From NCBI GenBank assembly GCA_029559915.1, contig JAKPZU010000062.1, positions 1 to 52,593 on the forward strand: a DNA stretch of 52,593 bases, given 5' to 3'. This DNA is from Bacillota bacterium (GTDB lineage: Bacteria > Bacillota_I > Bacilli_A > Izemoplasmatales > Hujiaoplasmataceae). A program made the position numbers and the translations under genes. A model generated the notes under the pieces. It did not search any database. It saw only the letters and a list, made by a program, of their open reading frames with translations, and was not told where the DNA came from. Positions within the stretch are counted from its first letter, which is position 1; each line of letters starts with the position of its first letter. This document shows, one piece after another, positions 13,459 through 23,388 of the stretch.

Positions 13459-13528
13459 TATTATATTATATATAGTATATTATATAGTAAAACCGCTTTT
13501 TTTTCAATCAAAATCGTTGATTTTTCGC

Positions 13529-13553
13529 ATAAAAAAACGCTTTTTCAAGCGTT
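13529..13553 (-). terminator. intrinsic terminator of mfd
   Basis: On the minus strand, AACGCTT GAAA AAGCGTT is followed by a T run. The mfd TGA stop sits in the loop. Confidence 0.65.
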
Positions 13554-16500
13554 CTTTAAATTATTCAATTTTTCTAAAAAATCAACCATGGTGTATAGCC
13601 AATGTTTGGTAAGGTCAACTGTATCCAAGATGATATGAAATTGATTTTTCTCTATAGCGAAACGGAAGTCTTTGCTGAAGTTTAAACTGCTTTTGAATAT
13701 ATTAGCAGCGGCCATTCCGGTTGTTTGATTTTCTGACAAAACTAGTGTTACGCGCGCTTTGTTTTCTTTAATTTTTTCAACGTCTAGCTGTTTTGCCAAA
13801 TATTCAAATAATTTTTCATAGATGTAAATCTCTAGTGAGATATTGTATTCTCCAAAACGATCTTGGATTTCACTTAAGGTTTCATAAACATCATTAATTG
13901 ATTTTACTGAATTGATTTTCTTATGCATTTCAATCTTAATATAATCATCTTCAATATAATCTTTGTCGATAAAACGCGAAACATTTGCTTTTATTTTTTT
14001 TGTATTGTCAGAAGTAACTTTCTTTCCCTGAGCTTTTGAAACTTCCTCTTGCAAGATCTGCATATACATGTCAATACCAACCGAATCGATGAAACCACTT
14101 TGTTCCTGGCCCAAAACATCTCCGGCGCCTCTAATCGACAAGTCACGGAGAGCAATTTTAAATCCGCTTCCAAGTTCTGTAAACTCTTTTATAACTTGAA
14201 GTCTTTTTTCTGCTTCCTCAGTAAGTTTCTTTTGACGTTTATACATCAAGTAGGCATAGGCGATTCGATTGGACCTGCCTACACGCCCACGAATTTGGTA
14301 AAGTTGTGAAAGCCCCAACATATCTGCGTCATGAATTATCAAAGTATTTGCATTTGGAATATCAATTCCTGTCTCAATAATGGTTGTAGATATCAAAACA
14401 TCAATCTGTTTTTCGACAAAATTATCTATTACTTTTTCCAAATCATGTTTTCGCATTTGTCCATGAGCGATATCAACACGCGCTTCTGGAACGAGGTTTT
14501 TTATTTTGTCGGCTATGAAATCGATATTGTCTACTCGATTGTAAAGGTAAAATACTTGTCCGTCTCTTGCGAGCTCTCTTTCGATTGCATCTCTAAGAAT
14601 TATTTCATTTCTTTCTAGCACATATGTCTGTATAGGGTACCTGTTTTCGGGCGCGGTTTCCAATAGCGACATATTCTTTACGCCCATAATGGCCATGTTT
14701 AATGTTCTTGGGATAGGTGTTGCTGAAAGAGATAACACATCAATATTTATTTTATATTCTTTAATTTTTTCCTTATGCAAAACACCAAATCTTTGTTCTT
14801 CATCAACGATAAGAAGACCAAGGTCTTTGAAAATGATATCATCACTTAAAATTCTGTGAGTACCAATTATAATATCTATATTGCCACTTTTTAATCTTTC
14901 AAGAGTTTCTCTTTGGTGTTTTTGCGAGATAAAACGATTAAGAAGAGAAACGTTGACTCCAAACTCGGACATTCTCTTATGAAAAGTTTCAAAATGTTGT
15001 TTTGATAAAACGGTTGTTGGCGCTAGATAAGCGACTTGTTTCTTGTTTAAAACGGCTTTAAAAGCCGCTCTTAGAGCGATTTCGGTTTTTCCGAATCCGA
15101 CATCGCCACAAATTAATCTATCCATAGGTATCGGTTTTTTCATGTCATGGAAGACTTCTTCAATAGCTTTTAACTGGTCTTTAGTTTCGATATACTCAAA
15201 ATTATTAGCAAACTCTTCCTCCATTTTCGGGTAGTCGTCAAAAGCAAATCCATTGGCTTTTTCTCTATCGGCATAGAGCTTTATTAACTTATCAGCTATT
15301 TCTTGTACCTGTTTTCTGACTCTATCTTTCGCTTTTGACCAATCATTGCCACCAAGCTTAGACAATGCCGGTTTGTACCCTTCACTACCAGTGTATTTAT
15401 GGATTTGATCAATTCCATCCAAAGTTACATACAGTTTATCGCCATTTTTATATTCGATATGGATATAGTCATTTTGTACATTACCAAATTGCATTGTCTT
15501 AATTTCCAAAAATCGACCAATACCATAATCATAATGAACTACATAATCTCCTGGAGACAAATCATTAACGCTTGAGAGTTTTTCTGATCGGCGATACACT
15601 GACACGTACTCACCGCGACGACGGCTGATATGCCTACGGTTCAAAGCTTCTTCAGTAATAACCTTTATGTTGAAAGATTGAGAGATTATGTCAAACGCAC
15701 AACTGTCCAAAGATAGATAAACCTTTGTGTTTTCAGCGTTATCATAGTCTTCTCTTGAGTATGGTATTCCTTCAACTTCCAGTTTCTTTGCAAAACTTTC
15801 CAATGCCACTTGACTTTCAAAAGCGATAATTTGCCTAAATTTTCCAATACTGTTTTTGATATCTCTAAAGAGGAAAATGTAGTTGTCATTATATGTAATT
15901 ACCTCTTCACCGAAGATAGAAAAAGTGTTTTTGAAGTTGTTTTTATAGGCATAATCTAAGTAATCGACCTTAATTCCGGGTTTAACAAGAAGTTCATTGA
16001 AATCATACAAGACATTAAAATCCATTTTTGGATAATCATTATTCTGCAAATACCATTCTTTTATTTCTTCAACCAATATTTGATTCTGTTCTATCGATCT
16101 GTGATAATCAAGAAAGAAAACTTGAGCATCTTTGGCGATGTTTACAACGGTGTGGTGGTCGTCGGTGATGAAGGGAAGATAGCGACTTAGTCTTTCTAAT
16201 TCATCTCGATTTTTAAGTTTTTCTTTGTCATCTTTGATAATATCTAAAGCATCCTTGCTGAAATTAGTTATAGCAACCTTATCTTCGATTGTTTTTAGTA
16301 AAATATTTAACTCACTTTCATCATAAAAGAAATCAGTAAATGGGTAAATGGAAAAAGACTCCACCACAACATCGGATCTTTGTGTGTCAATATTAAAGGT
16401 TTTTATCTGATCGACCTGATCGCCGAAAAAATCGATTCTATATGGTACAAGCGAGTTTACCGGAAAGATATCTACTATCCCCCCTCTTATCGCAAAATCT

Positions 16501-17012
16501 CCTATTTTTTCTACTGTGTACTCTTTTTTATATCCGTACTCTATTAATTTATTTTTTAACCATTCTAAGTCATATTCATTTTCAATTTTTATCTCAATCC
16601 TTGATTCTTCCCATTTTTTTCGAGGAAACTGTGGCTTTAACAAGCCATAAAGATCGGTAATAACAATTCTTTTCTTATTTTGTAGGATTTTGATAATAGT
16701 GTTAATTCTTTCTAATTTGAATTCAATGGAACTGACCAATAATTCGTTTGTCAGAAATTCATCTTGGGGATAAAAACAAATTTCATCTTTTTCGAGAACC
16801 CTACTCAGTTTATCATATAGTATTTGGGCTTTATAAAGATTAGGAGTAGCAATGAAGATTGTTTCATCATTCTCATAGAATAAACCTAAAAGAACCAACA
16901 AAGCATTATCCTCATTGGTATTGTTAATATAGACCTCTTTACGCTTTTTGAATAAGGAATTTATGGCATTGAAGTCTTTGTTATCTCTAATTAAATTGAT
17001 GACTTTTTTCAT
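13545..17012 (-). CDS. mfd: transcription-repair coupling factor Mfd
   Basis: 1155 aa. UvrB-homology N-terminus, CarD-like GDYVVHYDYGIGRF, SF2 helicase motifs GDVGFGKTE and DEEQRFG, and TRG motif region. Confidence 0.93.
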   Translation of the reverse strand: MKKVINLIRDNKDFNAINSLFKKRKEVYINNTNEDNALLVLLGLFYENDETIFIATPNLYKAQILYDKLSRVLEKDEICFYPQDEFLTNELLVSSIEFKLERINTIIKILQNKKRIVITDLYGLLKPQFPRKKWEESRIEIKIENEYDLEWLKNKLIEYGYKKEYTVEKIGDFAIRGGIVDIFPVNSLVPYRIDFFGDQVDQIKTFNIDTQRSDVVVESFSIYPFTDFFYDESELNILLKTIEDKVAITNFSKDALDIIKDDKEKLKNRDELERLSRYLPFITDDHHTVVNIAKDAQVFFLDYHRSIEQNQILVEEIKEWYLQNNDYPKMDFNVLYDFNELLVKPGIKVDYLDYAYKNNFKNTFSIFGEEVITYNDNYIFLFRDIKNSIGKFRQIIAFESQVALESFAKKLEVEGIPYSREDYDNAENTKVYLSLDSCAFDIISQSFNIKVITEEALNRRHISRRRGEYVSVYRRSEKLSSVNDLSPGDYVVHYDYGIGRFLEIKTMQFGNVQNDYIHIEYKNGDKLYVTLDGIDQIHKYTGSEGYKPALSKLGGNDWSKAKDRVRKQVQEIADKLIKLYADREKANGFAFDDYPKMEEEFANNFEYIETKDQLKAIEEVFHDMKKPIPMDRLICGDVGFGKTEIALRAAFKAVLNKKQVAYLAPTTVLSKQHFETFHKRMSEFGVNVSLLNRFISQKHQRETLERLKSGNIDIIIGTHRILSDDIIFKDLGLLIVDEEQRFGVLHKEKIKEYKINIDVLSLSATPIPRTLNMAIMGVKNMSLLETAPENRYPIQTYVLERNEIILRDAIERELARDGQVFYLYNRVDNIDFIADKIKNLVPEARVDIAHGQMRKHDLEKVIDNFVEKQIDVLISTTIIETGIDIPNANTLIIHDADMLGLSQLYQIRGRVGRSNRIAYAYLMYKRQKKLTEEAEKRLQVIKEFTELGSGFKIALRDLSIRGAGDVLGQEQSGFIDSVGIDMYMQILQEEVSKAQGKKVTSDNTKKIKANVSRFIDKDYIEDDYIKIEMHKKINSVKSINDVYETLSEIQDRFGEYNISLEIYIYEKLFEYLAKQLDVEKIKENKARVTLVLSENQTTGMAAANIFKSSLNFSKDFRFAIEKNQFHIILDTVDLTKHWLYTMVDFLEKLNNLKNA

Positions 17013-17072
17013 ATAACCTCCACGTGCTTTTAGCGAGTTTTAAACTCGCTAGGGGTGTATATAAGGTAGGAC

Positions 17073-17819
17073 TTATTTCTTACTTTGAATTTTGTAAGAA
17101 ACTTTTAACAAAAGTTTTGTTGGGCCGAATCTTAACATGAATCGCAAAAATTTCATCTTGAAGCTAGGGATTACGAGAATTTTGTTTTTATCCAACCCTT
17201 TTAGGATACTTTCAACACACTTTTCTACAGATAAACCTTTCATTTTCGGGTTAGCATTGGCGACTTCGTTAAATTCGGTTTTAACTGGACCAGGACAAAC
17301 AGTCATTATGTTGATAGGCACCTTATTTTGTTTAAATTCGTATGCCAATGCCATTGAATAATTGTAAACATATGATTTACTTGCCGCATAACTAGCAAGT
17401 AAAGGGGTTGGCAAAAACGCTGCCATCGAACTTATATTTATAATTGTGCCGCGACTCATTATCTTTGATATTTCCTTTGTAAGATAATGAACTGTTTTAA
17501 TGTTCAAATCTAGCATCTGAAACTCTTTGGCGGTGTCATTGTCAAGTGATGCGCCATAAAGGCCGAATCCAGCATTGTTTACAAATAAATCGATATTTCT
17601 ATTTTTGAAAGTATTTAGTAGAATTTTGCACTCATCTAAATTGGTTAGATCCAAGGACAAAATTTCAACTTTTATATTTACGTTTCTTAATAACTTACTA
17701 ATTTCCAGCAATCTTTCCGTCCTTCTCGCTATTAAGACTAAATCGTATTTTCTTTCCGCTAATCTCAGCGCAAGTTCTCTTCCAATACCGGATGAAGCTC
17801 CCGTAATTACAGCTAACAT
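17073..17819 (-). CDS. classical short-chain dehydrogenase/reductase, substrate unknown
   Basis: TGASSGIG cofactor motif, NNAG, and catalytic S...YAASK. The GGAGG lying inside the ORF-track start (ATGGAGGTTAACATG) favours ATG 17819. Confidence 0.8.
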   Translation of the reverse strand: MLAVITGASSGIGRELALRLAERKYDLVLIARRTERLLEISKLLRNVNIKVEILSLDLTNLDECKILLNTFKNRNIDLFVNNAGFGLYGASLDNDTAKEFQMLDLNIKTVHYLTKEISKIMSRGTIINISSMAAFLPTPLLASYAASKSYVYNYSMALAYEFKQNKVPINIMTVCPGPVKTEFNEVANANPKMKGLSVEKCVESILKGLDKNKILVIPSFKMKFLRFMLRFGPTKLLLKVSYKIQSKK

Positions 17820-17915
17820 GTTAACCTCCATTGTTACAAATAAAATTATATCATATATTTTGTTTTATTGTAAAAACAAGTGATAAATGTTCAATCAATT
17901 TCTATATTTACGGTG

Positions 17916-17944
17916 TTGACAACGCTTACATTATTAAGTATAAT
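17916..17944 (+). promoter_or_regulatory. consensus sigma-70 promoter (TTGACA, 17 nt spacer, TATAAT) of the lysine operon leader
   Basis: Perfect hexamers at 17916-17921 and 17939-17944. Confidence 0.7.
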
Positions 17945-17960
17945 TACTGTGTAATTGAAT

Positions 17961-18125
17961 ACACACAGAGGCGCGAAATATTGGTATTAAATCTCATTTT
18001 TATTTTGGACGGATACAGATTTAAGAAGGAATGTTTCGCCGAAAGATTTGATTAGTCTATAAGTCAAAGTCTTGGTATTTAAACAAACAGTTTGAATACT
18101 GCCATTTGAACTAATGGAGAGCTGT
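17961..18125 (+). promoter_or_regulatory. lysine riboswitch (L-box / LYS element) aptamer
   Basis: Conserved L-box blocks occur in the right order and spacing: AGAGGCGCGAA at 17967-17977, GCCGAAAG at 18038-18045, CTGCCA...TGGAGAGCTGT at 18099-18125. P1 candidate is ACAG 17965-17968 pairing with CTGT 18122-18125. It lies directly upstream of lysine catabolic genes. Confidence 0.8.
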
Positions 18126-18158
18126 TATATTTTATAATATAATGGCTCTTTTATTTTT
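18118..18158 (+). terminator. intrinsic terminator (riboswitch expression platform)
   Basis: 13-bp stem 18118-18130 / 18137-18149 (AGAGCTGTTATAT / ATATAATGGCTCT, two G-U pairs), 6-nt loop, then TTTTATTTTT. Its 5' arm overlaps the aptamer 3' end. Confidence 0.75.
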
Positions 18159-18177
18159 ATAAAAGGAGGAGAAACAA

Positions 18178-18600
18178 ATGAAAAGTTTTACTATCGAAGA
18201 GATCAAAATTGGAGACAAAGCCGAAACAAAAAAATGTTTTAATGAGACGGATGTTTTGGATTTTGCCAGAATTTCAACCGATTTTAATCCGGCGCATGTG
18301 GATAAAGCCTATGCAGAAAAAACAATATTTAAAAAACAAATTGTTCACGGAATGTTGGTCGGTTCGCTGTTTAGTTCCCTATTTGGAGTTCAGTTGCCGG
18401 GATTAGGTAGCATCTATACAAAACAGTCTTTAAAATTCACAAAACCTGTTTATTTTGGCGACGAAATAACCGCAACTGTTATTGTAAAAGAATTGATAAC
18501 AGACAAAAATCGTGTGGTTTTTGATTGTGTGGCAAAAAACCAAAATAATGATGTTGTCATCATTGGCGAAGCAGAAATCATGCCGCCGAGGAGGGTGTAA
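18178..18600 (+). CDS. MaoC/PhaJ-like (R)-specific enoyl-CoA hydratase (hotdog fold)
   Basis: 140 aa. DFNPAHVD...IVHGML hydratase motif and strong RBS AAAGGAGGAG. Confidence 0.75.
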   Translation: MKSFTIEEIKIGDKAETKKCFNETDVLDFARISTDFNPAHVDKAYAEKTIFKKQIVHGMLVGSLFSSLFGVQLPGLGSIYTKQSLKFTKPVYFGDEITATVIVKELITDKNRVVFDCVAKNQNNDVVIIGEAEIMPPRRV

Positions 18601-18603
18601 AAT

Positions 18604-19245
18604 ATGAAAAAATTTATAAAAAAGAATGAATTTATCAATCTGCTTAAAGATGAGATGACTATTTCTGTCGGTGGATTTTTGACAAACGGAACACCAGAAA
18701 AACTGATTGATTTAGTTATTGAATCCAAAGTTAAGGATTTGACTATTATTTGTAATGATGGGGGCTTTGAAGATAAAGGTGTCGGTAGATTAATTGTTAA
18801 CAATCAAGTTAAGAAATTAATCGCTTCCCATATAGGAACCAATCCTTATGTTGGCAAATTAATGCAGGAGTCCAAAATTGAAGTGGAACTTGTTCCGCAA
18901 GGGACTTTAGCCGAGAGAATTAGGGCTTTTGGAGCTGGCTTAGGGGGTATACTAACGCCTACCGGATTACAGACTATTGTTGAAAATGGAAAACAAGTTT
19001 TGGAAGTCAAAGGGCGGAAATATTTATTGGAAGAAGCACTTGGAGCTGATTTGGCTTTAATCGGCGGTGCTGTCGCTGATGACTATGGCAACCTAAAGTA
19101 TTCACAAACTATGAGGAATTTTAACCCTGTAATGGCTACGGCTGCCGAAATTGTTGTTGTCGAGGCTGTAAAAAGAGTCAGTGAAATTGACCCTGAAGAT
19201 GTCATAACCCCTTTCCCATTTGTTGATTACATTTTGGAGGATTAA
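18604..19245 (+). CDS. atoD: acetoacetate:butyrate/acetate CoA-transferase subunit A
   Basis: 213 aa. GGF...[22 protein letters not shown]-like block ([21 protein letters not shown]) typical of the 3-oxoacid CoA-transferase alpha subunit. Confidence 0.88.
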   Translation: MKKFIKKNEFINLLKDEMTISVGGFLTNGTPEKLIDLVIESKVKDLTIICNDGGFEDKGVGRLIVNNQVKKLIASHIGTNPYVGKLMQESKIEVELVPQGTLAERIRAFGAGLGGILTPTGLQTIVENGKQVLEVKGRKYLLEEALGADLALIGGAVADDYGNLKYSQTMRNFNPVMATAAEIVVVEAVKRVSEIDPEDVITPFPFVDYILED

Positions 19246-19249
19246 TCTT

Positions 19250-19894
19250 ATGAACGAAAAAGAAATAATAGCTTCAAGAATTGCATTAGAATTAGGCGAT
19301 GGCGATTTGGTTAATTTAGGAATAGGCATTCCGACTATGGTAGCTGATTACATACCTGAAGGCAAACACGTAACATTTCAAGCCGAAAATGGAATTATCG
19401 GGCTTGGACCTTTGACTGAAGAAGAAACCAATATTGTTAATGCAGGAGGAATGAAAGCGACTATAAAAAAAGGTGGAGCTTTTATCGATACAATTACATC
19501 CTTTACCTTTATTCGAGGCGGACATATTGACGTTACCGTCCTTGGCGCATTGGAAGTTGATCAAGAGGGTTCAATAGCTTCGTGGATAATTCCAGGGAAA
19601 AAGGTTCCGGGTATGGGGGGAGCTATGGATTTGGTTACTGGAGCTAAAAAAGTCATAATTGCATTAAAACATACAAATAATGGTCAATCCAAAGTTTTGA
19701 AGAAGTGCAGCTTACCTCTTACCGCAGCGAATCAAGCAAATCTAATAGTCACAGAGATGGCAGTGATGAAAGTAGAGAAAGATGGTCTCCATTTGATGGA
19801 AGTACACCCAGATTATTCTATAGAAGACGTAATAAAGGCGACGGAAGCTGATCTGATTATAAATGATGTTCAAAAAATGAAAGGAGTAAATTAA
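19250..19894 (+). CDS. atoA: acetoacetate:butyrate/acetate CoA-transferase subunit B
   Basis: [15 protein letters not shown], and GMGGAMDLV (active-site Glu region). GGAGG RBS precedes ATG 19250. The ORF-track start 19220 lies inside atoD. Confidence 0.88.
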   Translation: MNEKEIIASRIALELGDGDLVNLGIGIPTMVADYIPEGKHVTFQAENGIIGLGPLTEEETNIVNAGGMKATIKKGGAFIDTITSFTFIRGGHIDVTVLGALEVDQEGSIASWIIPGKKVPGMGGAMDLVTGAKKVIIALKHTNNGQSKVLKKCSLPLTAANQANLIVTEMAVMKVEKDGLHLMEVHPDYSIEDVIKATEADLIINDVQKMKGVN

Positions 19895-20280
19895 TGAAAA
19901 CGACATTAAAACTTAGAATGTCCAACCATGATGCTCATTATGGAGGAAACTTAGTTGACGGCGCGAGAATATTAGGTTTATTCGGTGACGCCGCAACTGA
20001 ACTTTTAATTAGAATGGACGGAGATGAGGGGCTCTTTAGAGCTTACGAGTCGATAGATTTTTTAGCTCCAGTATATGCAGGGGATTTTTTGGAAATAGAA
20101 GCTGAAATTGTTGAAGCCGGAAACACTTCGAGAAAAATGGAGTTCTTCTGCTATAAAGTAATAACTGCAAGACCGGATATTGCTCCTAGTGCTTGCGACG
20201 TTTTAAAAGATCGGCTTTTGACAACAAAAGCTATAGGCACTTGTATTGTGCCTAAGGGGTTGCAAAGACATGATGGATAA
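19894..20280 (+). CDS. kal: 3-aminobutyryl-CoA ammonia-lyase
   Basis: 128-aa hotdog protein. [18 protein letters not shown] and APVYAGDF blocks as in Kal of lysine-fermenting anaerobes (recalled). Its context between atoA and kce supports the call. Confidence 0.75.
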   Translation: MKTTLKLRMSNHDAHYGGNLVDGARILGLFGDAATELLIRMDGDEGLFRAYESIDFLAPVYAGDFLEIEAEIVEAGNTSRKMEFFCYKVITARPDIAPSACDVLKDRLLTTKAIGTCIVPKGLQRHDG

Positions 20281-21097
20281 ATTGATTATTACATGCGCAA
20301 TTTCAGGTGCAGAAGTCACAAAAGAACATAATCCTGCGGTTCCGTATACAATTGATGAAATGGTTGAAGCGGCTCATCAAGCTTATTTAGCTGGTGCTTC
20401 AATTATCCATTTGCATGCTAGATATGATGATGGAAAACCAACACAAAACAAAGATAGGTACCGAGAAATAGTAAAATCCATAAAAGACAAATGCCCAGAG
20501 TTGATTGTTCAAGTCTCTACTGGTGGTGCGGTTGGAATGAGCAGAGAAGAAAGATCGGATGTTTTGAACATTAAACCGGAGATGGCGACGCTTGATTGTG
20601 GTACATTGAATTTTGGTGGCGATGAAATTTTCATAAATACTGAAAATGATATTATTTATTTTGCCAATAAAATGAATGAACTTGGTGTGATGTACGAAAT
20701 GGAATGTTTTGAAAAAGGGCATATTGACACTACGCTGAGATTGATAAAAAAAGGTATTATTAAAGGTCATCTTCATTATAGCTTTGTTTTAGGTGTAAAC
20801 GGAGGGATGACAGGAGAAGAAAGAGATTTTATCTTTTTAAAAGAAAGTTTACCAGCTGGATCAACATACAGTGTTGCTGGAATTGGTAGATATGAATTTA
20901 CATTAGCCGAGCACTCAATTAAACATGGAGGACATGTCAGGGTAGGGCTCGAAGACAATATTTATATTGAAAAAGGAGTTCTGGCAAAATCAAATAGAGA
21001 ACTTGTAGAAAAAATTGTAACAATGGCAAAAAAATATAATCGTGAGATAGCTACGCCAAAAGAAACTAGACAAATGTTGAAAATGGGAGAAAAATAA
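20270..21097 (+). CDS. kce: 3-keto-5-aminohexanoate cleavage enzyme (BKACE/DUF849 family)
   Basis: [14 protein letters not shown]...HLHAR...STGG TIM-barrel motifs of the BKACE family. ATG 20270 follows AAGGGG. Confidence 0.85.
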   Translation: MMDKLIITCAISGAEVTKEHNPAVPYTIDEMVEAAHQAYLAGASIIHLHARYDDGKPTQNKDRYREIVKSIKDKCPELIVQVSTGGAVGMSREERSDVLNIKPEMATLDCGTLNFGGDEIFINTENDIIYFANKMNELGVMYEMECFEKGHIDTTLRLIKKGIIKGHLHYSFVLGVNGGMTGEERDFIFLKESLPAGSTYSVAGIGRYEFTLAEHSIKHGGHVRVGLEDNIYIEKGVLAKSNRELVEKIVTMAKKYNREIATPKETRQMLKMGEK

Positions 21098-21098
21098 A

Positions 21099-22136
21099 AT
21101 GAACAATCTATGTAAATATGGTACACACAGAGTAATATCACCAGTAGGAGCCCTACCACAAACAGCAGAAAAAATTAACAATGAAATGATTTGCCAAGAC
21201 AATGAAATATTGGTAGATGTGGATACTCTTAATATTGATTCAGCTTCTTTCACACAAATAAAAAGTGTATGCAATTCTGACACCGAAAAGATGAAAGAAA
21301 TGATTGAAAACATCGTAAACAATAAGGGTAAGATGCAAAACCCAGTTACTGGAAGCGGTGGAATGTTTTTAGGCAGAATAAAAGAAGTTGGAAAAAACTT
21401 AAAAGTAAAAGTAAAGCCGGGAGACAAGATTGCCTCTTTAGTTTCATTGTCATTGACGCCTCTAAAGATAGAAAAAATATTGAGTATCGATTTAACTAAG
21501 GACCAAGTAAACATCATCGGTCAAGCCATATTGTTTGAAACTGGTATCTACGCACAAATTCCTAATGATTTACCATCGGATATAGTTTTAAGTGCTCTTG
21601 ATGTAGCTGGCGCTGCTGCTCAAGTTGAAAAATTGGTTAAGAAAAATGATACAGTTTTGATTTTAGGCGCTGGTGGAAAATCAGGATTACTATGTGCCTA
21701 CCAAGCTAAAAAAAGTGCTGGTAAAAACGGTAAGGTTATTGCGGTAATTCACTCTGATAGGAGCCGTCACGACTTGGAAAAACTGGGTGCTTGCGATCAC
21801 ATTATCGTTGGTGACGCCACCAAACCAATGGAGATTTATCACAAAGTTAAGGAAGTAGCACCTGATATGGTGGATGTGACAATAAATGTTGTTAATGTTC
21901 CAAACACAGAAATGACATCCATTTTACCAACAAAAAGTAAAGGAACAATTTACTTCTTCTCAATGGCTACATCTTTTACCAAAGCCGCTTTAGGAGCTGA
22001 GGGAATAGCTTCCGAAGCTTTAATGATTATAGGCAATGGTTATACCAAAGATCATGCGGAATTCACATTGAACTTATTAAGAGAATCGAAAGAGTTATAT
22101 GAAATTTTCCAAGAAAGATATGGAAGTGTTAAATAA
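21099..22136 (+). CDS. kdd: L-erythro-3,5-diaminohexanoate dehydrogenase
   Basis: 345 aa. Rossmann motif LILGAGGKSG and position between kce and kamA. Confidence 0.75.
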   Translation: MNNLCKYGTHRVISPVGALPQTAEKINNEMICQDNEILVDVDTLNIDSASFTQIKSVCNSDTEKMKEMIENIVNNKGKMQNPVTGSGGMFLGRIKEVGKNLKVKVKPGDKIASLVSLSLTPLKIEKILSIDLTKDQVNIIGQAILFETGIYAQIPNDLPSDIVLSALDVAGAAAQVEKLVKKNDTVLILGAGGKSGLLCAYQAKKSAGKNGKVIAVIHSDRSRHDLEKLGACDHIIVGDATKPMEIYHKVKEVAPDMVDVTINVVNVPNTEMTSILPTKSKGTIYFFSMATSFTKAALGAEGIASEALMIIGNGYTKDHAEFTLNLLRESKELYEIFQERYGSVK

Positions 22137-23383
22137 TGAAAATTACTAACGACAGCTATTTGGAAAGAAGGGCCAAGTATTTCCCTGAAGTAAAAGACAG
22201 CGATTGGTCTGATTGGCGTTGGCAAGTAAGAAATAGAATAAAAACTGTTGAAGACTTGGAAAAGTATATTCCTTTATCTCAAAAAGAAAAAAATGACATT
22301 TTTAGCGTTCTTTCTAAATTTAGAATGGCTATAACTCCTTATTATCTTTGTTTAATAGACCCAGATAATATTGATTGCCCAATGAGAAAGCAAGCAATTC
22401 CAAGCATTTATGAGATGAATATCGGTGAAAATGATATGCTTGACCCTTTAGCTGAAGACACTGATTCGCCGGTTCCGGGGCTGACACATCGTTATCCGGA
22501 TAGAGTTTTGTTTCTGATTACGGATATGTGTTCCATGTATTGCCGTCACTGTACAAGAAGAAGGTTTGCTGGCCAAAAAGATCAAAAGATGCCTCAAGAT
22601 AGAATAGATTTAGCTATTGATTATATCAGCAAACACCCTGAAATCAGAGATGTTTTACTGTCTGGTGGTGACGCGCTGTTAGTCAGCGATGAAATCCTTG
22701 AAGGAATAATCAAGAGATTAAGAGAAATTGACCATGTCGAAGTAATTCGATTGGGGACTAGAACACCGGTAGTGATGCCACAAAGAATAACTGATGATTT
22801 TGTCAATATGTTAAAAAAATATCATCCAATTTGGCTTAACACGCATTTTAATCATTATGACGAAATTACCATCGAATCTAAAGCCGCTATGGAGAAATTA
22901 GCTAATGCCGGCGTGCCTTTGGGCAATCAATCAGTATTACTTAGAGGAATAAATGATTCAGTTGAAATTATGAAGAAATTAGTTCAAAGATTGGCTTATA
23001 TGAGGGTCAGGCCTTATTATATCTACCAATGCGATCTTTCTTTGGGTATTGAACATTTCCGTACACCGGTATCAAAAGGTATAGAAATTATCGAGGGACT
23101 GAGAGGACACACATCGGGGTTTTGTGTTCCGACTTTTGTTGTTGATGCACCTGGAGGTGGCGGTAAAATACCAGTAATGCCAAATTACGTAATATCACAA
23201 GCGCCTGGGAAAATAGTGCTTAGAAATTACGAAGGCGTAATTTCGACATATTCAGAACCAAGTAATTATGTCAATAAAGAACATTATGAAGATGCGAACG
23301 GTGTAAGTGGTTTGTTAGCGGGAAAGAAAATTTCTTTGGAACCAAAAGATTTGGAAAGAAGGAAAAGAACATCAAAAGAATAA
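22136..23383 (+). CDS. kamA: L-lysine 2,3-aminomutase (radical SAM, PLP)
   Basis: 415 aa. CSMYCRHCTRR radical-SAM cluster motif, DVLLSGGDAL, and C-terminal zinc-site region. The length matches clostridial KamA. Confidence 0.92.
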   Translation: MKITNDSYLERRAKYFPEVKDSDWSDWRWQVRNRIKTVEDLEKYIPLSQKEKNDIFSVLSKFRMAITPYYLCLIDPDNIDCPMRKQAIPSIYEMNIGENDMLDPLAEDTDSPVPGLTHRYPDRVLFLITDMCSMYCRHCTRRRFAGQKDQKMPQDRIDLAIDYISKHPEIRDVLLSGGDALLVSDEILEGIIKRLREIDHVEVIRLGTRTPVVMPQRITDDFVNMLKKYHPIWLNTHFNHYDEITIESKAAMEKLANAGVPLGNQSVLLRGINDSVEIMKKLVQRLAYMRVRPYYIYQCDLSLGIEHFRTPVSKGIEIIEGLRGHTSGFCVPTFVVDAPGGGGKIPVMPNYVISQAPGKIVLRNYEGVISTYSEPSNYVNKEHYEDANGVSGLLAGKKISLEPKDLERRKRTSKE

Positions 23384-23388
23384 TCGAA

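Noticed and set aside
17033-17053. Stable hairpin TAGCGAGT TTTAA ACTCGCTA between the SDR stop and the mfd start, considered as a terminator
   Set aside because: It has no U-tract on either strand. At most it is an mRNA processing or stability element, and I could not support a specific function.
17831-18055. 74-aa ORF in the intergenic region between the SDR gene and the lysine operon
   Set aside because: It lies across the promoter and the lysine-riboswitch aptamer. It has no RBS and low-complexity, AT-driven codons. The RNA element explains the conservation-like blocks better.
18297-18305. Perfect DnaA-box matches: TGTGGATAA at 18297-18305 and TTATCCACA at 49624-49632, considered as oriC signals near gyrBA
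   Set aside because: Each is isolated and lies inside a coding sequence. There is no cluster of boxes, no AT-rich unwinding element and no dnaA gene, so these are chance occurrences.
20990-21517. Long antisense ORFs: 175 aa here, plus 47673-48143 (156 aa), 1026-1451 (141 aa), 20399-20776 (125 aa) and 18450-18803 (117 aa)
   Set aside because: All lie opposite strongly recognisable genes (kce/kdd, ntpD, whiA, maoC/atoD). They have Ser/Leu/Ile/Phe-rich low-complexity translations and no RBS. Such stop-poor antisense frames are typical of AT-rich genomes.
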